From Selaginella moellendorffii (taxonomy: Eukaryota > Plantae > Lycopodiophyta), in contig NW_003314265.1 in assembly GCF_000143415.4 (NCBI RefSeq), positions 3,230,529-3,294,528 on the forward strand: a DNA stretch of 64,000 bases, in the 5' to 3' direction. Positions 45,367 through 57,478 of the stretch are shown in pieces. Numbering within the stretch: position 1 is the first letter of the stretch; each line of letters starts with the position of its first letter. Position numbers and translations under genes: made by a program. The notes under the pieces were generated by a model. The model had not been told where the DNA came from. It ran no database searches and worked only from the letters and a program-made list of their open reading frames with translations.

Positions 45367-47637
45367 ATGCGATGCGTTCTATTATCTGACAAGGAGATCT
45401 CTCGGCTTCTCAAGCTCTGTGGCAACACAAGAGACCTTCTCCAAGGCAGGGAGATCCACTCCTTTATTCTAAATAGTGTTTACAAAGAAGATAGATGGCT
45501 CACAAATCTCCTCATTGAAATGTATGGCAAGTGTGGCAGCATCCAGGATGCAGAGCTGGTATTTAACGAGATTCCCAGCGAGTGCCGGAATCTCTTTTCG
45601 TGGAACATCATGCTCCAGGCATATTCTCACAACAGGCATCTTTGCGAGGCAAAGGCCTGCTTTGATTCCATGCCTAAGCGCGACGTTGTTTCATGGACTA
45701 GTATCTTCTCGGTATATGCCCAAGAAAGGCATCTTGCTGAAGCTCGCCAGGTGGCGGAGATGATGCCGTACAGGGACGTTGTGTCGTGGAACGCGGTGAT
45801 CCAAGCGGATGCCAGGGGTGGCCGCCTTGCTGGCGCCAAGTGGCAGTTTGACAGGCTGCCACGTCGCAGCACAGCCACGTGGAACTCCTTGGTGGCGGCA
45901 TTTGCCGAGAGCGGGCTTCTCGCCGGCGCCGAGGAGCTCTACGCGAGAATGCCCTGTCACGACGTTGCTGCCGCCACCGCGATGATCCAGATCCACGGCG
46001 AGGCTGGGAACATCCTCGATTGCGAATCGCTGTTTGCTGGAATCCCCAAGGATGATCGCGATCTCGTGCTGTGGGGCGCGATGCTGGCTTGCTACGCGCA
46101 GAATGGATTCCACGAGAGAGTTCTTGAGTGCTTCGACTTGATGCCTCACAGGGACGTGTTCTCGTGGGCGATCGCGATCCAGGCGCTGGCGATCCACAGG
46201 GGCGATTTGTCTCGCGCGGCTGCGATGCTGGGTAAAATGCCGCAGCACAACGTATTCTCGCTTAATGCGCTTCTTTTGGCGAGCACGCAAAACAAGAACC
46301 TTGACGTAACTATCGCGATGTTCAAGAATATGCTCCACCGGGATCTCTTGTCGTGGGCAACGCTGATCTCGGCATATGCCCGTGCTGGGTATCTGGAATA
46401 TGCGTGTGGATACTTGACACAGATGCCCATGTACGACACATCGGCGTGGCTCCCGGTGCTAGCGGTGTATGCTCGTACGGGTCAGCTGGACGAGGTGAAG
46501 AAATTCTTGAAGGAAATCCCGTACATAGACGCGAGTACGTGGAATGTTATCACTGCCGCATACGCCGAAGGTGGGCATATTTTAACACAGCCATGTTTTA
46601 GTTCTAGTTTTGAGGTGTTTTGGACGCTGCAACTGACAGAGTTTATTTTGCGCGGAGAGCTTGAGTCTGCTAAAGATATTTTTGATCATAACAATGGTAA
46701 ATCTCTAGAGCTTTGGACCCAATTGCTTGCTGCGTATGCCCGGCAAAGCCATCCTGATGCTGCCAGGGCTCAGTTTGTAAAAATGCCCCTTCACGATTTG
46801 GTATCCTGGACAGCCATGCTTGAGGCTTTAGTTCGGGGCCAAGAAACAAAAGAAGCACAAATATTGTTTGAGAGATTCCCTTACCGTGACATGGTTGCGT
46901 GGTGTACGTTGCTAGCGGCATATGCCCAATGCGGGCATCTGGAGGACGCAAAGGAGCTCTTTATGAAAATGCCCGTACATGACGTGCTCTCGTGGACCAC
47001 CATGATACAATGGTACGGCTGGCGCGGCCACGTGGCCCAAGCGCAGCAGATGCTGGAGCAAATGCCCGAACGCCACATGGATGCCGATGTGGCCGTCTTG
47101 GCCGCGCATGCCCAGGCCGGGCATATCGGCCAGGCGCGCGAACTCTTCGACGCGATGAAAGCCCCATTTCGCGATCTGGAGCTCTGGAACGCGATGATCG
47201 CCGGCTACGCGCGCAGCGGCCTTGGCGATGGCGCGCTGGATTTCTTCCGGGGGATGGAGCTCGAGGGGATTACGCCCAACGAGGCGAGCTTGGCGGCGAT
47301 CCTGTTCGCGTGCAGCCATGGCGGGATTGGCATCGAGCGATTCGTGGCGATTGCTCGAGACCACGGTGATGGATCGGAGAAAGAGGAGGAGAGCCTCAAC
47401 CATTTCCTCCATGGCGTGGTGGATGCTCTAGCGCGGGCGGGGCGGCTGAGCGAGGCGGAGGAGCTCCTCCATGCGATGCCGCATTTGCCCGAGGCGATGA
47501 CTTGGAAGGCCGTGCTTAGTGCTTGCCGGATCCAATCCGATGTGGATCGCGGCAAACGCATTGCCGCTGGCGCCGCTGGGGCGAATCCACACGACCCAGC
47601 GCCGTTCTCGCTCCTCTCTAGCATCTTCGCGGTCTAA
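45367..47637 (+). CDS. PLS-class PPR protein with E-type C-terminus, no DYW
   Basis: MYGKCG, many 31-aa S-type repeats (MPxRDVVSW), ACSHGG, VDALARAGRL, WKAVLSACR. Intronless; first ATG at 45367. Confidence 0.92.
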   Translation: MRCVLLSDKEISRLLKLCGNTRDLLQGREIHSFILNSVYKEDRWLTNLLIEMYGKCGSIQDAELVFNEIPSECRNLFSWNIMLQAYSHNRHLCEAKACFDSMPKRDVVSWTSIFSVYAQERHLAEARQVAEMMPYRDVVSWNAVIQADARGGRLAGAKWQFDRLPRRSTATWNSLVAAFAESGLLAGAEELYARMPCHDVAAATAMIQIHGEAGNILDCESLFAGIPKDDRDLVLWGAMLACYAQNGFHERVLECFDLMPHRDVFSWAIAIQALAIHRGDLSRAAAMLGKMPQHNVFSLNALLLASTQNKNLDVTIAMFKNMLHRDLLSWATLISAYARAGYLEYACGYLTQMPMYDTSAWLPVLAVYARTGQLDEVKKFLKEIPYIDASTWNVITAAYAEGGHILTQPCFSSSFEVFWTLQLTEFILRGELESAKDIFDHNNGKSLELWTQLLAAYARQSHPDAARAQFVKMPLHDLVSWTAMLEALVRGQETKEAQILFERFPYRDMVAWCTLLAAYAQCGHLEDAKELFMKMPVHDVLSWTTMIQWYGWRGHVAQAQQMLEQMPERHMDADVAVLAAHAQAGHIGQARELFDAMKAPFRDLELWNAMIAGYARSGLGDGALDFFRGMELEGITPNEASLAAILFACSHGGIGIERFVAIARDHGDGSEKEEESLNHFLHGVVDALARAGRLSEAEELLHAMPHLPEAMTWKAVLSACRIQSDVDRGKRIAAGAAGANPHDPAPFSLLSSIFAV

Positions 47638-47679
47638 GAATTCACACACGATCCATGACACTGATCATAGCATCATCCA

Positions 47680-50193
47680 TTACCAGTAGTCTCCACAAGA
47701 ACACTGGCCATCGCGAAACTTGTGGAACCGGCTGCTATCCCTGACGATGATCTCTCGCCGCGCAATCGCCGAGATGAACTTCACGGCCGAGTGGCAGTCG
47801 TGGCAGATCCTCAGCGTGTTGAAGATCCGGAGCGTCGTCCCTGGAGCAGTAGCGATCAACCCAAACGCGATGGCGAGCTTCTCGCTGTGGAGCCGGAGTA
47901 GCAGCTCCTTCTCCTTCTCCCCGACGTCGTGAAGAACTTCCTCGCTCTCTGGAACGTAGCCGGCTTCCTTGATCTTGGGAGACAATCGCTGGAGCTCGGC
48001 GAAGATCTCTTGGAACCGCGGATGAGAATTGTCCCCAACGTTAAACTCGTGGATCTGGTCCGCCACCTCGATCCAGCTGCTGCCCCGGCGCTTCTTCACG
48101 CCCCTGGCCACCATGGTGTTCCTCACGCTCGCCATGCCGGCTAAGTTCCCAGTGACCGCGTGAACGTTGGAGAGGAGGACGTAGCTCGCGGGATCGACTG
48201 GATCGAGCTTAGTTATCTGTCCGGCTGCGTGAGTTGCTCGCTTGACATCTTTGTGGATCCTGGACGCCCCCAGCAGCGAGCTCCAGGTCACGTCGTTTGG
48301 TTCCACCGGCATTGCGTTGATGAGCTCCTCCGCGTCGCTGAGTCGTCCAGCGCGGCTGAGGAGATCGATGATGCAGCTGTAGTGGGCGATGTTTGGATGC
48401 ATGGCGTAGTCGCTCTGGATCGAAATGAAGAGCTGCTTGCCTTGTTCTTGGAGGCCGGCGTGGCTGCAGGCGTAGAGAACCACCATGAAAGTTAGCTCGC
48501 TCGGCTCGGCGCCTTCGAGCTCCATCTCTTTGTAAAGCCCGAGAGCCAGTCCGTGCTCACCGTGCTTCGCATAGCCTGCAATCAAAGTCGTCCAGGCTAG
48601 AGTGTCTCTCGAGCTCATCTTGTCAAAGACTTGCCTGGCGCTCTCCAGATTTCCCCAGCGGCTGTACATGTTGACGAGCGATGTTGCCAAGACGAAGTCC
48701 GAGATCATTCCATCGGCTTCTATGTCGCTGTGAGCTTGCCTGGCATCAGCAAAGGCCCCCAGGCTCGCGCAGGCCGAGATGACGCAGCTGTAAATGATCT
48801 TGGTCGCTGGAACTTTGGTGGTGTTCTTCATCTCTCGGTAGAGTTCCAACACTCCAGTTCTGTGGCCTTGTTTCGAGTATCCTCCGATCAAAACTGTCCA
48901 AAGTCCCTCGTCCCTGTTCTCTATCTGATCAAACAAGCTCCTTGCTTCGTCAAGGCTGCCGTAGCTCGTGTACAAGTCCACCAGTGCTGTCCCATTGACG
49001 AGAGTGATCTTGTAACCATTTCCGAGGATCTGGTCGTGGACAGCTCTTCCCGCTCGGAGATCTCCCACACTTGCACAAGCGAGCAAAACGCTGGCGAAGG
49101 TGTAGTAGTTTGGACGGACTCCTTCCAGCTGCATCTTCGAGTAGAACTCTATCGCCTCGTCAAAGAGGTCTGTCTCTGCAAACGCTGCTATCATCGCGCT
49201 CCAGGAAACAACGTCTCGCCTGGGAAGCCTTTGGAAGATCTTCGCAGCGTCGTCCAAGCACTTGCAGCGAGCGTACATCGTCAGCAAAGCATTCTGCAAG
49301 GAAAGATCGAGCTCCGTGCCACGGGAAGAAATCAAAGCATGGATTTTTCTACCTTGATCCAGCAGACCCAAGTTGGAGCAGGCGCTCAGCACCGAGGTGA
49401 AAGTCCGGACGCTCGGTTCCACGTCCATGTCCTCGTAGAGTCGAATGGCCTCCTCAAAGTGCCCGCTTTGAGCGTATGCCGCAATCATGGCGTTCCACGA
49501 AGAAACGCTCCTCCCAGACATTCTCTCGAACAAGCGCTTGGCATCCTCCAAGCTCCCACATTTCGCGTACATGGTGAGCAAAGAGTTCTCCAAGATCACG
49601 TCCAGCTTCAAGCCTTTCGTCCCAGAAATCCGAGAGTGGATCGCTTTTCCCTCCTCAAGAGCTTTGATGCTGGCACAGGCGCCCAGAACGGTGGTATAGA
49701 CCACGGGATTTGGCTGGAGATCCATCCTCTTGTAAAGATCCAAGGCGGCCCTGTAATGCCCGTTCTGAGCATATGCGGTAAGCATGCTACCCCAAGAGTA
49801 GTCGTTCTTCCTCGCGATCGCATCGAATGCCGCCCGGGCGCTGGCCACACTGCCGCATTTTCCATAGGCCCTGACGATCTCATTCCCCAGGAAGACATTG
49901 GCGCTAGCAGCGCCAGAGATGCGATCGTGGATTTGCCTCACACTTTCGAGATCCTGGCATTGGCGAAGGGCATCCCGGTAGTGGCCGCTAGAATCAAAAC
50001 GAGATCCTGCCTTCTCCTCCTTGAGCTGGAATCTTCTTACCTTAGCCGGCGCCAGGCTGCGTTTCATGCCATCGCCCAGGAGCCCTAGAAATTTGCCGTT
50101 AGGATAGAATTTAGGGAATAAGAATATGCGCTCATTTTGCCGCTCAATGGATCTCTGGGCTAGGGTTCTATGATCGCGTGGAGCGAACGCCAT
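47680..50193 (-). CDS. PLS-E-DYW PPR protein (organellar C-to-U editing factor type)
   Basis: PLS repeats, GSSWIEV, HSEKLA, CHDCH and terminal CSCGDYW. The start is uncertain (50292, 50193 or 50067). Confidence 0.95.
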   Translation of the reverse strand: MAFAPRDHRTLAQRSIERQNERIFLFPKFYPNGKFLGLLGDGMKRSLAPAKVRRFQLKEEKAGSRFDSSGHYRDALRQCQDLESVRQIHDRISGAASANVFLGNEIVRAYGKCGSVASARAAFDAIARKNDYSWGSMLTAYAQNGHYRAALDLYKRMDLQPNPVVYTTVLGACASIKALEEGKAIHSRISGTKGLKLDVILENSLLTMYAKCGSLEDAKRLFERMSGRSVSSWNAMIAAYAQSGHFEEAIRLYEDMDVEPSVRTFTSVLSACSNLGLLDQGRKIHALISSRGTELDLSLQNALLTMYARCKCLDDAAKIFQRLPRRDVVSWSAMIAAFAETDLFDEAIEFYSKMQLEGVRPNYYTFASVLLACASVGDLRAGRAVHDQILGNGYKITLVNGTALVDLYTSYGSLDEARSLFDQIENRDEGLWTVLIGGYSKQGHRTGVLELYREMKNTTKVPATKIIYSCVISACASLGAFADARQAHSDIEADGMISDFVLATSLVNMYSRWGNLESARQVFDKMSSRDTLAWTTLIAGYAKHGEHGLALGLYKEMELEGAEPSELTFMVVLYACSHAGLQEQGKQLFISIQSDYAMHPNIAHYSCIIDLLSRAGRLSDAEELINAMPVEPNDVTWSSLLGASRIHKDVKRATHAAGQITKLDPVDPASYVLLSNVHAVTGNLAGMASVRNTMVARGVKKRRGSSWIEVADQIHEFNVGDNSHPRFQEIFAELQRLSPKIKEAGYVPESEEVLHDVGEKEKELLLRLHSEKLAIAFGLIATAPGTTLRIFNTLRICHDCHSAVKFISAIARREIIVRDSSRFHKFRDGQCSCGDYW

Positions 50194-50243
50194 GGCCCTA
50201 GATCGAGTGGAGCTGGGCGCCGGCCTGTGATGGTTCACGGCGG

Positions 50244-53200
50244 ATGGAGTCGGAGGTGAGTGAGGACCTGCTGGTGTTTGTGGAAGCCACATTTCTTTCC
50301 TGGTGTGATTTCCAGGCCCTATTGTGGTCGCAGCCCGACTGGACGGGGCATTTGGACGTCTACAAGGAGGACGCGCGTGTTTGGGAGAGGCGATTTTTCC
50401 TTTTACAGGGATCGTTTCTCTTCTCTTTCAAGAATGAGGTATTGTTTGTTCTTGCCTTATTTTTCGACCTCCAATTATGATTGCGATGGTTTCAGCTTGA
50501 CAGAAGCTCCCCTTTGGGAGTCATTGCTCTCGAAGGATGTCAAGTCGAGGAAGTTCCTGGTGATGCCTCCCGAAAGCACAAGCTCGTTGTAAAGCTCGGT
50601 CCGGAATATGCTGCCTTTGGGAATCATGACCAGTATTTTCTTTCGACATCATCTTCTGAATCACTGGTTTGTACCTTTGTTTTTTTTTCTTTTGTGTAAA
50701 ATTCTAATTTCCGTACCGCACTTCTTGTAGAGAAGTGCGATACGGAGACTGGAAGATGCATCAGATCCTCCAGAAGTTCTTTTTCGTACAGCAAATCTTT
50801 TTTGCATCACCCCGGCTATTGCTTCGTTTATTTATTTTATCTTTTTTGAAGGCTATCTCAACAAAACGTGGGCTAGAGCTGGCGAGTTAAGACATCTTTT
50901 GGCCAAGTCTCCCAATGATAAGACAGAACTTGAATCTATCAAAAGCCTTGAAGCGCAATCTGTGAAGGTGAAGTTTCTTTTTCTCTTCTCGTTTTTTTCT
51001 TTCCACTGGCGAACTTGCTATTGAAACTTCCATTCTAATGTAGGTAACAGACGGAATTGGCTAAAACGTACGTGGAGAAGGAAGCGTTGCTCAAAAAAGT
51101 AGATAGACAGTGTGCCGAGGCAGATATAAAAGAAAAAGATTTGTGGAAAGTACAGATTCTCCGGGACATCTTAAACTCCAAGGGTTTGATATGCAGCTGG
51201 GTTGGACGTACATAAATAACAAAGTCATTGCAGGAAATGCGGGGGATGTCCTTTTAAAGCTACAAAAGGAAACTCGATTGACCAGGGATGCCGTTGAACT
51301 CTTGCAAAAGAGAGCAAACTATCTGCAAGGGCAAGGTCTTGAAGATGTAACAATTTCTGATCTTGCATTGCTATTGACCGCTTTTAACTGCAATGTTTCT
51401 GTTCTACAGCTCTCTGAAGATTCTCGCAAGTCTCTGCATCGCAAGCTAAGGCTGGCCCTTGAGGCAATAAACGAGCGACATGCCAGGGTAGGATCGTATC
51501 ACCATTTGCTGGTTTCTGAGTGCAGTTCATACAGATACGCGCTGAAGCTCCGCGGTACTCCTTTCCTGTGAACCCTCAGATATACTACCGAGGTGGCCAT
51601 TCCAAGGTTAGTATTCTCAGAAGCATAACAGGTCTACACAGGACAATGACTCTCCCATCCCAATTCCAACGCTCGGTGTCACCAGCACCCTTCGTTCGTC
51701 CTCTTAGTCCTGCAACTCCAAAAAGTCCACGTAGACCACCCAGTCCTCTTTCCCCTCAGCTGCCAGAATCTAAACCTTCTTCACCGCCAATTCCTCCCAC
51801 AGACAACTCAAAAACTAAAGAAGGAAAGCGGTTTTTCAACCCTTTAAAGCTGCTTCCATTTCACCTCAAGTCATTCTTTCCCAAGTCATCCAAGTCTGAC
51901 AAACATATAAAGGTGTCAAAGCCAGCTGAATCTCCTCCAAAGTCACCTGTGTTATCATCGAGAGAAAGTTTAAGCCATCCACATTTGACGACTTTTACGA
52001 CTCCACTTTCGTCAGTTCCCAGAACTTCTGTCCAGTCATCACCTTATCCTCCTCATTTTTCGCCACAATCCTTGAGAGGCATTCTTCCGTCTCATATGAA
52101 AGCGTCAGTCCAGCAGCCTAGCTCCCCACTCGTGCTTCAGAAACTCGGACCACGTACACTGTCGTTTCACCAGCAACAAGCAAAGCCAGTGTCATCCATT
52201 GATTCGTCTCGTACTTCTTCAACAGTTTCTTCACCAGTCTTTAAGCTATCGCCATCTTCTCTGCGTGGAAAACTGCCTCCAAGCTCTAAGGCTAAAATAC
52301 ATAAGCCAGCAGACGAGCTCTTCCCTCCATTTGAGTTTAAAGTTCCAACAATACCTTCTAAACTTCCCACTCCAGGCTTCACATCACTTTCAGCGTCATC
52401 TGCTGCAACCCCGCGCTTTTTATCTCCTGAACGTCAATCTTCGCCATCTCAGAAGTTTCTACCGACGGTAACACCATTCTCTTCAAAACTTGTGTCGTCT
52501 CCAGCTGCTGAATGTCCTCAAACGCCATCAACCTCTCAAACGCCACCAAAACTGCCACTAAGTTCACCTCAAACGCCGCCATCGCCATCTCAAACGCCAC
52601 CTCCACAAGTTCCAATCTCTGGATCTTCTCCAAGTGTCCGGCCATCGATTCTAGCACAGCCGGCTGTTTCGGCTCGATCACCATCCAGTGTAACAGCAAC
52701 TTCACCACCACATTCTCGAGCTCTGCCGCCATCTCCCGCTGCTCCTATAATTCCAGCTACTTCTCCTCGACAAGTTCCAGCTGCTCCCCCAGTTTCTCTT
52801 GAAGCTCCGAGAGTGTCTCCTCCTCGATCTCCAATTCTACCACCAAGACCCGATGCTCAAGTTCCACCTCCGCCAGCTTTTCAAGTTCCATCAGCGTCTG
52901 TTCAACCTCGGCCAGCTCTTCAACTTTGTACTGCGTCCGGCCAACAACCGACGCCTCCGCCGCCTCCTATAGCTCCTCCCGGACCAACGTCACCTTCTCG
53001 ATCTCCGCCTAAAGCTGCGAGTCCTCGAGCGCCAACTGTTCAAGGTCTGACTCTGCCTACATCGCCTTCGACGTCAACAACACTTGCTACTGGATCTATC
53101 CCAGCACCTCAACCGACGTCTCCACCGTCACACAAAGTTTCTTCACCGAAGTCACCAGTACCTCAAGTTGGATCTTTGCGTGAAGCTCGAGCTCCGGTTC

Positions 53201-56200
53201 GACCTCTTGCAGCTCTTCAAGTTCCTGGTCCACAACCGAAGTCTCTACCTCCTTCTAAAGTTTCTCCACCTAAGTCACCACCACCTCAAGTCGGAGTACC
53301 ATCTCGACAACCAGCACCACTAGCTGCTGTTCACGTTCCTGGTCCACAACCGGCTCCACCACCATCTAAAGTTTCTCCGCCGAAGTCACCACCACCTCAA
53401 GTTTCTGAAGCTCGAACTGCACCAGCTCCGCCTGCAGCTCTTCAGTCTTCACCGCCTTCCAAATCTTCGCCACCGAAGTCACCACCACCTTCCAAAGTTT
53501 CGCCACCAAAGTCACAACCACCTCAAGTTCCTGCAACTCGACAGCCAGCACTTGCAACTCTTCACGCTCCGGCTCCACCGAAGCCACCACCACCTCAAGC
53601 TCCTCAAGCTCGAGTTGCAACTCCTCCACCAGCACCGCCTGCAGCTCTACAACCCGCTTCACCGCCTAAAGTTTCTCCACATAAGTCCCCACCACCTCAA
53701 GCTCCTGAAGCTCGAGCTCCAACTCGACCACCAGCACCGCCTGCACCACTTCACGCTCCTGATCCACAACTAGCTTCACCATCTAAAGTTTCTCCACCGA
53801 AGTCACCACCATCTCAAGCTCCTGAAGCTCAAGCTCCAACTCGACCACCAGCACCACCAACTCCTGCCGCTCCAACTGTGTCCGGTTCACAATCGACGGT
53901 GACTCCACCTTTTCGACCTTCTCCCCCTGCGACTGCCTCTCCTCCTCGACCACAGTGGGTGCCTCTGACTTCTGCAGCTCTTCAAGTTCCGATTGTGGCT
54001 ACATCTCCACATCAAGCTCTGAGTGTCTCTGCTCCTCGGGCTTCAGCACGACCATCACCTTCTGCTGCTCAAGTGCCACTCCATGCTCAAGCTTCTTCTC
54101 CATCGGCATCACCACCTCGAACAGGATCTCTACTACCAGCGCGACCTCCAGTTGCTCATAGTTTATCTCCTCCACAAGCTCCACCAGGTACGTCGCCACC
54201 ATCTCAGCTGCTTCTGAATTTCCACTTACAGGTGTTTCAAGTGTCTCTTCTCGAGCTCAAGCTCCAACAGCGTCTATCCCTCCGCCTCGAACACCAACAT
54301 CGCCACCACCTTTGAGAGCTCCAGCGCCTCCTCCAGCACCTCCTCCGGTTCCCATTGCGTCCGGCAGTGCTGTTGTAAACCGTCCAGCATTTACTCCGGG
54401 ATCGCCACCTTTTCGAGCTCCTTCACAAGTTTTTCTGCCAACCATGTCTGGACCACAGCGACCACAGCCGCAACCAGTTTCTTCTCATCCGCCGGCAGCA
54501 CAAGCTCCTCAAGGACCTCGAGCTCCACCGCCGCTTCCGCAAGGGCCTCCTCGAGCTCCAATGCCGGTGCCTCCTTCTCAACGTCCGTTTGTTTCTCCGC
54601 AAGGTCGTCCTCTACCTGCAGCACCTCCTGCTATCAGTGCAGCCCCTCTTAGACCGCCTCCTCCACTTCTTCAACGTCCACCATTTTCGAGTTCACCCCT
54701 GCAAGGTCCTCCACCACGTCCGGCTTTTGTTGCTCCACAGGCTTTGGGCCCTACACCTTCATCAGATCTCTATGCGCGCCCGGCAACTTTCCAGAGAATG
54801 CTTGCTCCACCGGGTTCTAGAACTCCACCGCCGCCGCCACCACTTCCTCCTCAACGTGGCCAAGCACCAGGTCCACCGCCGACTCCAAGAATGCCAGGAA
54901 CTGGAGCTATGCTCAGAGCACCCCTGGCAGCTGGTCCTGTAGAGCAAAGGCCGCCACCTCAACAGCCTTCACCGTTTCCAGCGGCAACACCTCAGCAAGG
55001 AGGGCCACCTCCATTTCCAGCAGCTAGACCACCTCAACAAACAGCACCATCTCCATCTTCCGCGGGGCCTTCTCCTGGACTGTCACCATTTCAGGCGAGG
55101 GCAGCTCAAGGACCACCTCCACCTCCACTTCCGCCGCCTCCTCGTCCCTTTCCTTCTTCGCTGCAGCGAGGTCCTGGTCCTCCACAGCCATCGCAGCAGC
55201 GAGCTCCTGGTCCTCCACAGCCAGCGAGACCGTTGGCTCCATCTTCCCGAGCGGTAACTCCACAACCTTTAAGGCCGGATAAAGCAACAACACCACGTCC
55301 AGAGTTTAGGCCGCCAGCTCCAGGCGAGTTTAATGCTGCTAGAACTCCTCTCAGGCGGACCAGCTCTTCGCCGTCTCTTCTTCCGTCTGCGACTCCAGGG
55401 CCTTATCGTCCGCCACCACCGCCGCCACCACTTCCTCAGTGGCGCCCGCAAGCTTTGGTTACACCGCAAGTTATGACTCACAGCCAGAGCCAGCTACGTC
55501 CTGGACTTGCTGTTGATAATCGGTCCATGCAGCTCTTGGATGCGGTGAGCTTTGCAGCTCTGAATCTGCTCATGCACATCTACAATCAGGCAGAAGCTTT
55601 TGTACAGAAGAATCAACAGCGAGCTGTGGTGGAAACTTCTTCTGTCAAGGTATCATTGTTCTATGTCGCTTGCCTCAAAGTTTTAAAGGTTTTTAACATC
55701 TACGTACCAGGGTAGCGATGTTTCTTCGGAGCTCAACTCTGGCACTGACGGTAGGCAACCTGAGCAGGAGAAATGTGATGGGATGACTCAAACGAGGGAA
55801 TTTGAATCGGTTCGACGTGATGGAGCCACACAGACTGCAGGCCAAGGGGACCAACCCCGTTATCCTTCACCTGGAGCGTCCCGGCGAAATCAAATGGCTG
55901 GGCCGTCAGCTCCACCAGTTTATGACTATAGAAGAGAGCCTCCTGCTCCACGACGAAGGCCAAGGTACCAGCAGCAGCGAGCACTCTACCTTGGAAATCC
56001 TGCCGGGCTACGTCCTTTGCCAGCTCCAAAGCCTCGGAGACGTCTTGACATGTTTCATATTCTGAGGCCGCACATTGATCGGAGCTACTACACCGAAGAT
56101 GACGATCCGTATATGCGGAGAAGGAACAGAGGTATGCGAGAAGAGTTTTACTATCCGGAAGAATGGGAATCGTGGAGTCCTGTAAGAAGACAGGTTCAGC

Positions 56201-56454
56201 AGCGAGTAGTTCTGAGGGAGGAAGACGATGAGGTTGATCTCAAGCAGCAGCAGGAAAAACACAAGCAGGATCAAAACGTTCAAGTTTTGAGTCCCCAGTC
56301 CTCGGCTCGCTCTGTTGTTTCGTCGAGACAGACCTCCGCATCCTCGACCGAGTCTGACGATGACAACGGTGCATCAACTTCGTTGCCAGAGATTTCCATC
56401 GACCTGACGTGCACTTACGAATTTGGTTTCGCTGGTGGCGGTCGGAGAAAATGA
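50244..56454 (+). CDS. PH-domain protein with coiled coil and very long Pro/Ser-rich region, multi-exon
   Basis: WTGHLDVY...WERRFFLLQGSFLFSFK / PLGVIALEGCQV (PH). A 4-kb Pro-rich region is joined by putative intron 54188-54231; intron 55650-55711 joins in frame to ORF 55783..56454. Confidence 0.65.
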
Positions 56455-56509
56455 AGTTTTATCACCTCAGGTAGCTTCTTTCTTTCGTCTTTTGGGTAGG
56501 GCTTCAACA

Positions 56510-57442
56510 ATGGCTTGGATGTTCCAACAGGTCCGCTGGAGAATGAGTTGGGCGAGGAAGCATCGTGACCAAGACCTCTGGGACGCTCTCAACGATCTCA
56601 AAGATGAGCTCCATTTCAAGCAGGCGGTCGTTCGGTTCGAGCGTAAGCAGGAAATCCTTCACTCGTGGCCGGAGGAGCACCTCCAGTTGGAAGGCCCCAA
56701 GTCGGAAGACACACGGCTCATGGGCGACTCGCTGCTCCAAGGCTGGCAAAGCGGCATTCCTCCACAACGCTCACTTGCATGGTATGTGGCTCAAAAGCGC
56801 CCCGTGAATCCAACAATGGTCGCTCAAGTTCTTCACAGGTGCCGGACTCCTTTTGTCGCGTGGGAGTTTTTCGACTGGGCTAGGAAGTTGCCTGGATACC
56901 AACACACTGGAGCTACTTGCGCTATGCTCTTCCGGGTGTATTTTCTGTCTGGCTATCCCAACGCAGCTATGAAGTTCTTCAAGGAACAAGTTCCTAGTCT
57001 GTGCAACCCAACTGAGATCCTCTACAACGTTCTCATTCAGGGGCTGTGCTTAGCTGGGAAGATGCAAGAGGCGATCAACCTTTATGAAGAGATGACTGGA
57101 GTTTGTGGAGTTCCTCGTCCCGGGAGAAACACCAACCTCATTCTCAGGGATGGACTTATTCACAATGGCTACCTTTCAGAGGCAGAGGAGTTTGAAAAGA
57201 AACTAGATCTACGTAAGGGAGGCAGCAGTGCAACAAAGGCTACAGACTTCGTTAAGCTTCGAAGGAAAATCTGGAGATCAAAGTTATCGGAGAAAGAGCT
57301 CATTCACCAATGTCGCAATCCGGAGGTTCAACAACAGGGATTGCTAAAAAGACGGCGGAGACCATTAAAGAAGAAAAGGACCTTCAAACCTCCACGTCCA
57401 AAACGAAGAGAGCCTCACGCCGAATTTGCAAGCTTAAGCTGA
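56510..57442 (+). CDS. Short P-class PPR-containing protein
   Basis: VAQVL...AWEFFDWARKLPGYQH pre-PPR motif, YNVLIQGLCLAGKMQEAINLYEEM repeat and a basic C-terminus. Confidence 0.75.
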   Translation: MAWMFQQVRWRMSWARKHRDQDLWDALNDLKDELHFKQAVVRFERKQEILHSWPEEHLQLEGPKSEDTRLMGDSLLQGWQSGIPPQRSLAWYVAQKRPVNPTMVAQVLHRCRTPFVAWEFFDWARKLPGYQHTGATCAMLFRVYFLSGYPNAAMKFFKEQVPSLCNPTEILYNVLIQGLCLAGKMQEAINLYEEMTGVCGVPRPGRNTNLILRDGLIHNGYLSEAEEFEKKLDLRKGGSSATKATDFVKLRRKIWRSKLSEKELIHQCRNPEVQQQGLLKRRRRPLKKKRTFKPPRPKRREPHAEFASLS

Positions 57443-57478
57443 AAGGTGACACTTGCTCCGATATCTTAAAGTCAAACA

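Noticed and set aside
48631-50088. 485-aa ORF antisense to the DYW PPR (and similar ORFs over the other PPRs and the CYP)
   Set aside because: Shadow ORFs of GC-rich coding sequence.
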